Of a stretch of DNA of 64,000 nt, positions 59,565 to 64,000 are shown piece by piece. Both the position numbers and the translations under genes were made by a program. Location: positions 70,090 through 134,089 of the forward strand of contig JAXGQE010000002.1 in NCBI GenBank assembly GCA_040766585.1, in the 5' to 3' direction. The notes beneath the pieces were generated by a model. It searched no databases, was not told where the DNA came from, and worked only from the letters and a program-made list of their open reading frames with translations. Origin of the DNA: Candidatus Sumerlaeota bacterium (lineage in GTDB: Bacteria; Bacillota; SLNR01). Position 1 is the stretch's first letter. Each line of letters starts with the position of its first letter.

Positions 59565-60482
59565 GTGGCTTCTCAGGCAATTATTATTGAAGGGCTGAAA
59601 AAGGCCTACGGGAAAACCCAGGCGCTGCGGGGTGTGGATCTTACCATAGCCCAAGGCGAAATTGTCGGTTTTCTAGGGCCCAACGGAGCCGGTAAGACCA
59701 CCACCATCCGCTGCATGCTGGATATGATCCGTCCGGATGCCGGTCGAATCAGTATCCTGGGCTTCGACCGGCAAAAAGACCCGGTTAAGGTGCGGAGCCT
59801 GATCGGATACCTGCCGGGTGAGTTAAACATGGACTCGAATTTGACGGTGCGAGGGTTGTTGGGGTATTTTAGTTCTCTGCGGGGGAAAACTCCGCCCTGG
59901 CCGTACATTGAATCCCTGGCGGAGCGCCTGCAGCTGGATCTGAATGCTTTGATCCGCAATCTGTCCAAAGGGAATAAGCAGAAAGCCGGATTGATCCAGG
60001 CTCTGATGGCCAAACCGCCGCTGCTGCTGCTGGATGAACCCACCAGCGGGTTGGATCCCCTGATGCAGCAGGAAGTATACAGCATGCTGAGAGAAGTGCA
60101 AAAAGAGGGAACGACGGTATTCTTTTCATCCCACATTATCCGGGAAGTGGAAACCATTGCCCAGCGAATCGCCATTATCCGCAAAGGTGTCATTGTGGAA
60201 GAAGCACAGCCCGGACGGTTTGTGGATATGAGCCTGCGGCGGATCCAGATCCGATTTAAAGAGTCGGTGGATGCATCTCCTTTGCTGGCGCTGGACGGGG
60301 TTACGCTGATCCGCAAAGAAGACAGCCAGGAGCTGGTTCTCCAGCTCAAAGGCGACATGGAAGCACTGATACACAAGCTGGCCGACTATCCGGTGGCGGA
60401 TCTTCAGTCGGAACACTTGTCCCTGGAAGAGGTATTTATCACCTATTACCGGGAAAACGGGAAGGAGGGAGATGCCTCATGA
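59565..60482 (+). CDS. ABC transporter ATP-binding protein
   Basis: GTG start 7 nt after AAAGGAGGAG. Walker A GPNGAGKTTT, signature LSKGNKQKAGL, Walker B LLLLDEPTSGLD. Confidence 0.9.
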   Translation: MASQAIIIEGLKKAYGKTQALRGVDLTIAQGEIVGFLGPNGAGKTTTIRCMLDMIRPDAGRISILGFDRQKDPVKVRSLIGYLPGELNMDSNLTVRGLLGYFSSLRGKTPPWPYIESLAERLQLDLNALIRNLSKGNKQKAGLIQALMAKPPLLLLDEPTSGLDPLMQQEVYSMLREVQKEGTTVFFSSHIIREVETIAQRIAIIRKGVIVEEAQPGRFVDMSLRRIQIRFKESVDASPLLALDGVTLIRKEDSQELVLQLKGDMEALIHKLADYPVADLQSEHLSLEEVFITYYRENGKEGDAS

Positions 60483-61321
60483 TGGCAGAATGCCGGCATG
60501 CCTTACAAAAGATGCGAGGCCAATTAATTGGGTGGACCATTGGGATTGCATCCTACGGTCTGATGATGGTGTACCTCTATCCGTTTCTGAAAGACCTGGA
60601 GGGTGTAGTGGAAGAGTTTATGGAATTGTTTCCGCCGGTCATGGCGGCTTTCTTCGAAAATATGTACCGGATTGCCACCCCAGTGGGTTTTATCGATGTC
60701 TACTATTTTTCGTACCTGCACCTGATTCTCGGAATCCTGGCCATTTCAGTGGGGGCCGGGTTGGTGGCTGCCGATGAGGAGCGGGGTGTGCTGGATTTGG
60801 TCATGGCCCATCCCATCAGCCGGACGGCGCTTTTTCTGGGACGCTGGCTGGCGCTGGTGGTGGTGCTGGTAGTGATTCTTCTGGTGGGCTGGCTGACCTG
60901 GGTGATTCCAGCACCCAGCGTAGGCCTGGAGCTGAGTGCCATTGAACTGTTGAGGCCTTTTGCTCCGCTGCTGGCCATTCTGTTGTTTTTTGCAGCAGTG
61001 GCTGCATTGTTAAGTATGGTGACTCCATCGGCCCGCTTCGCCGGTTCGGTGGCCGGTGCGCTGATGGTGGGAAGCTATCTTCTGCGGGCTCTGGGAAACA
61101 TCGTGGATCGACTGGAAGGAATCCTCCCCTTTACGCCCATGTATTACTACCAGGCCGGTGAGGCCATTGAAGGGCTGAACGGCACCTGGGTCTTGGGGCT
61201 GCTGATTGTTTCAGGGGTTTTACTGATAGCTGCAGTCATGCTCTTTCAGCGCAGGGATATCCGTGTCAGCGGAGAGCGGACCTGGAGCATGAGCATGTTT
61301 GCCCGGGGCAAGAACAAGTAA
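60479..61321 (+). CDS. ABC-2-type transporter permease
   Basis: 6 TM helices; 4-nt overlap with the ATPase gene. Confidence 0.8.
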   Translation: MMAECRHALQKMRGQLIGWTIGIASYGLMMVYLYPFLKDLEGVVEEFMELFPPVMAAFFENMYRIATPVGFIDVYYFSYLHLILGILAISVGAGLVAADEERGVLDLVMAHPISRTALFLGRWLALVVVLVVILLVGWLTWVIPAPSVGLELSAIELLRPFAPLLAILLFFAAVAALLSMVTPSARFAGSVAGALMVGSYLLRALGNIVDRLEGILPFTPMYYYQAGEAIEGLNGTWVLGLLIVSGVLLIAAVMLFQRRDIRVSGERTWSMSMFARGKNK

Positions 61322-61427
61322 GATGGCGGATGCATCATAGAGATGAAGATTCCTGCAGGGTTTATGCAGGTATGAGTTTCTCATGAATATTGATATCCAC
61401 GAAAAACGTGTCATAAGGAGTGGTATC

Positions 61428-61889
61428 ATGAGATCCGATGCTAGCACAGTGGAAGAATACATGGCAGAACTGCCGGAGGAAAGAAAAGAACCCATGCAGT
61501 CTCTGCGCAGAACCATTCTGAAGAATCTTCCGGAAGGATTTTCCGAACAAATGGCCGGAGGGATGATACAATACATGGTTCCACTGACCCGGTATCCTCC
61601 GGGGTATCACGCTCAAAAAGGGGAACCGCTGCCGTTTATGGCTTTGGCCTCTCAGAAAAGGCATATCGCCCTCTACCACATGGGCCTGTATCAGAAACAG
61701 GACTTGAAAGAATGGTTTACCGCCGAATACGAGAAACGAGTTCCTTCCCGGCTGGATATGGATAAAAGCTGCATTCGGTTTAGAAAGCCGGAGACCATTC
61801 CCTACGATCTCTTGGCCGAGCTGATTCAAAAAATGAGTGTTGACGAATACATTGAACTCTATGAAAACACACGGAAGGGGAAGAAATAG
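61428..61889 (+). CDS. DUF1801-domain protein (YdhG-like)
   Basis: MRSDASTVEEYMAELPEERKEPMQSLRRTILKNLPEGFSEQMAGGMIQY... typical DUF1801 N-terminus. Confidence 0.55.
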   Translation: MRSDASTVEEYMAELPEERKEPMQSLRRTILKNLPEGFSEQMAGGMIQYMVPLTRYPPGYHAQKGEPLPFMALASQKRHIALYHMGLYQKQDLKEWFTAEYEKRVPSRLDMDKSCIRFRKPETIPYDLLAELIQKMSVDEYIELYENTRKGKK

Positions 61890-62164
61890 TCACTTTCGGG
61901 TCTCATCCGAATGAAGGCTCGCAAAACAATCGCAATTCATGAATTGCCATAGACCGCTGCTTATATGCAGCGGTTTTCATATTTTCATACATGAAAACTG
62001 AACCCATACATCCAGCAACTTTTTATACAGGAACAAAAATATTTATTCAATAGTCTAATCAGGTACAGTTCAAAAACTCAATGAATCGGATCGGGCAGGT
62101 GATTGCACACAAAAACTTTGATTTTACAGATACTAAGAAAAAAAGAATGAAAGAAGGTATTGAA

Positions 62165-62881
62165 ATGAAGGGTAGAATCGTTTCCATAGTCGTTCTGATG
62201 GCAGTGCTTCTTTCCCTATGCGTCGGTTGTTCGTCGTCCAATGAGGCAAAATCATTCTCTCTGGTGGTCATTCCCTCGGAACTGAAAGGGTTTTCCATCA
62301 GCGGTCAAAAGGTGGTTTATCTGGTATCCATCACTGACGATGAAGGTTCCGGGCCTGTGGAATTGTCGGCGGAAGGCACCAACTGCACGATCGAGATCTT
62401 CCCGGAAGCTATTGAAGGGGAGTTCGCAGAAGTCGTTGTGATCCCCACAGAGGACAGCGTCGATGGAGAGGTCACCGTCGAAATCAAGGCGGTTCGTGAC
62501 GGTTGGGAAGAAACCGCGGAAGTATCGTTTGGTGTGGTGCCCGGAGAAGACGATCGGGGAACCCGAGCCAAAGAGCTTTTGGACATGTTTATCCCCTGGT
62601 TGGCGGAAAATGTACCGGAACTGGGAATCACCGAAGATACAGTCTGGGAAGGCACCATGGTCAGTCCCCAGTGGCTGGTAGTCTCTCATTATCTGTTCTT
62701 TTCTGAAAAGTGGGAAATCCACATCGCCTGGCACAACATGATCCCGCCCTACGATTGGGTGCGAATCGATCTGAGAGAACGTTTCAAAGAAGATGCCCCC
62801 TCGTACTCCTTTGAAATTCCCTCAGTAACCGCCGAAGACGAACCGGTGGAATACGACATTCCGGAAGAAATCTGGCGGTAA
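62165..62881 (+). CDS. Lipoprotein, hypothetical
   Basis: MKGRIVSIVVLMAVLLSLCVGCSSS: signal peptide plus lipobox (LCVGC). Confidence 0.6.
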   Translation: MKGRIVSIVVLMAVLLSLCVGCSSSNEAKSFSLVVIPSELKGFSISGQKVVYLVSITDDEGSGPVELSAEGTNCTIEIFPEAIEGEFAEVVVIPTEDSVDGEVTVEIKAVRDGWEETAEVSFGVVPGEDDRGTRAKELLDMFIPWLAENVPELGITEDTVWEGTMVSPQWLVVSHYLFFSEKWEIHIAWHNMIPPYDWVRIDLRERFKEDAPSYSFEIPSVTAEDEPVEYDIPEEIWR

Positions 62882-63083
62882 ATCGCAAAAAAAGAAAACC
62901 AGACATCAGCCTGGTTTTCTTTTTTTGTTACATTTGAATGGCTGCTGTGTCACCGACTGGGAAAACGGATAGATGCAAAAAGGGATGAACGGTACCAGTA
63001 TGGAATGTACATTCATCGCATGACAATCACAAAGCAGTCCAGCTATAATTGGAGAAGCAAGAGCAAAGGGCGGAGGGGTCGTT

Positions 63084-63623
63084 ATGAAAGGATTCGTACG
63101 GATGGACACGATGTTTTCGCAGTGCGGGCTGAATTGCGGATTATGCATTATGCAAATTGACGGCTACTGTCCTGGCTGCGGCGGGGGAGATGGCAATCAG
63201 GGCTGCGCCATTGCCCGCTGCGGTATACAGCGAGGCGGAATGGAGTACTGTTTTCAATGCCCCGAGTATCCCTGCCCCCGGTATGAAGGCTCCGGACAGA
63301 AGGATTCATTTATCAGCTACCGCAATCAAAGGGCGGACATGGAAAAATGTCGAAGCATCGGCCGGGATGCCTACAGGGCGGCGCTTGAAAAAAAGAAGGA
63401 TGTGCTTCACAAACTCCTTTCCGAATACAATGACGGACGGAGAAAGCGATTCTTTTGCCTGGCTGTTAATCTGCTGGAGATCGAAGATCTGGATCATGTC
63501 CTAGAAGTTCTGGCTGAATCACATACTATGGAGAGTGAAGTAAAGATAAGAGCCCAATCCGCAGTGGCGCTGCTGAATGAAATGGCAGCCGCCCGGGGCA
63601 TCGTACTCAAACTGAAACGATAA
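63084..63623 (+). CDS. DUF3795-family Cys-rich protein
   Basis: CGLNCGLC...CPGCGGG...GCAIARC...CFQCPEYPCPRYE cysteine pattern; RBS GGAGGGG. Confidence 0.6.
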   Translation: MKGFVRMDTMFSQCGLNCGLCIMQIDGYCPGCGGGDGNQGCAIARCGIQRGGMEYCFQCPEYPCPRYEGSGQKDSFISYRNQRADMEKCRSIGRDAYRAALEKKKDVLHKLLSEYNDGRRKRFFCLAVNLLEIEDLDHVLEVLAESHTMESEVKIRAQSAVALLNEMAAARGIVLKLKR

Positions 63624-63821
63624 AAACGACTGCCAAAACAGCAGCGGCAGTAACTCAGGTCTCTGTCTGAATGGCTGAAAGTAAAATATCCTATGCCATG
63701 GGCGCTACATAAGCATGAGAATTCTGGGGGAGATAACGGAAACCGAGAGTGCTTTTTTGCACTCTTTTTGATATAATCGGTACCAGTGATATTCAATCGA
63801 CTGTACGAAAGGATGAATCCA

Positions 63822-64000
63822 GTGCTGGAACAAGTCTATCCTCGCATATTCAAAAATGAGATTCCCCTGCCCAAAAATCCACTGAAAGCGCTGAACTCCT
63901 ATATTCTTCTGGGTGAGCCGCGTCCATTGATCATCGACACCGGTTTCAATGTTCCCGAAGCGGAGGAAGCCTTCTACCAGGGACTGGCGGAACTGAATGT
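63822..64000 (+). CDS. MBL-fold metallo-hydrolase (5' end only; runs off window)
   Basis: GTG start after AAAGGATGAA. (M)LEQVYPRIFKNEIPLPKNPLKALNSYILLGEPRPLIIDTGFNVPEAEEA... matches MBL-fold N-terminus. Confidence 0.5.
   Translation, partial: MLEQVYPRIFKNEIPLPKNPLKALNSYILLGEPRPLIIDTGFNVPEAEEAFYQGLAELN

Noticed and set aside
59606-60376. 256-aa minus-strand ORF
   Set aside because: Antisense of the ABC ATPase gene (clear Walker/signature motifs on plus strand).
1-64000. CRISPR arrays / cas genes
   Set aside because: No regularly spaced 25-40-bp direct repeats or Cas-like ORFs seen. The only tandem repeats are coding (rep iterons, Pro/Glu-rich linkers).

Overview
High-GC Firmicutes (Clostridia-like) chromosomal segment. 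About 16.5-40.4 kb is a conserved minus-strand housekeeping block in Bacillus-like order: rnhA, zinc-ribbon protein, nif3, trmK, tRNA-Asn/Met/Glu, sigA(rpoD), dnaG, yaiI/yqxD, ppdK, PDRP, ccpN-like, recO, era, dgkA, ybeY, pgpH, phoH, yqfB-like, floA, nfeD, yqeY, rpsU, hit. The left 10 kb encodes two large surface proteins carrying triple CWB2 cell-wall-binding repeats (one a subtilisin-like S8 protease), a GNAT/GntR/opine-dehydrogenase-like cluster and an RNase P RNA (rnpB) that the ORF track miscalls as protein. 10.4-14.6 kb holds an unannotatable cluster (YbaN, a ~970-aa membrane-anchored protein with PIQ/PEPE repeats, a hyper-acidic secreted protein) next to an IS110-family element; a second IS110-family element lies at 40.6-41.8 kb. 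42.3-47.2 kb is a module of an LTXXQ (CpxP/Spy-like) secreted protein, an OmpR-type regulator, a frameshifted histidine kinase and an ABC-2 transporter. 47.3-59.3 kb is a lower-GC plasmid-like integrated island with no recognisable integrase: AbiEi/AbiEii, a RepA_N-like initiator with internal 15-bp iterons, ParA/ParB, XRE regulator plus membrane protein, a degenerate ISNCY-like IS flanked by ~20-bp direct repeats, an Xis-like double-HTH protein, TetR plus CrtI-like oxidoreductase, and a catA-type chloramphenicol acetyltransferase. It is followed by a second ABC-2 transporter and small DUF genes. The most unusual non-coding feature is a strong promoter / ~530-nt transcript / terminator unit at 35.6-36.16 kb with no credible ORF, sitting where Bacillus carries yqfC/yqfD. 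No CRISPR array was seen.
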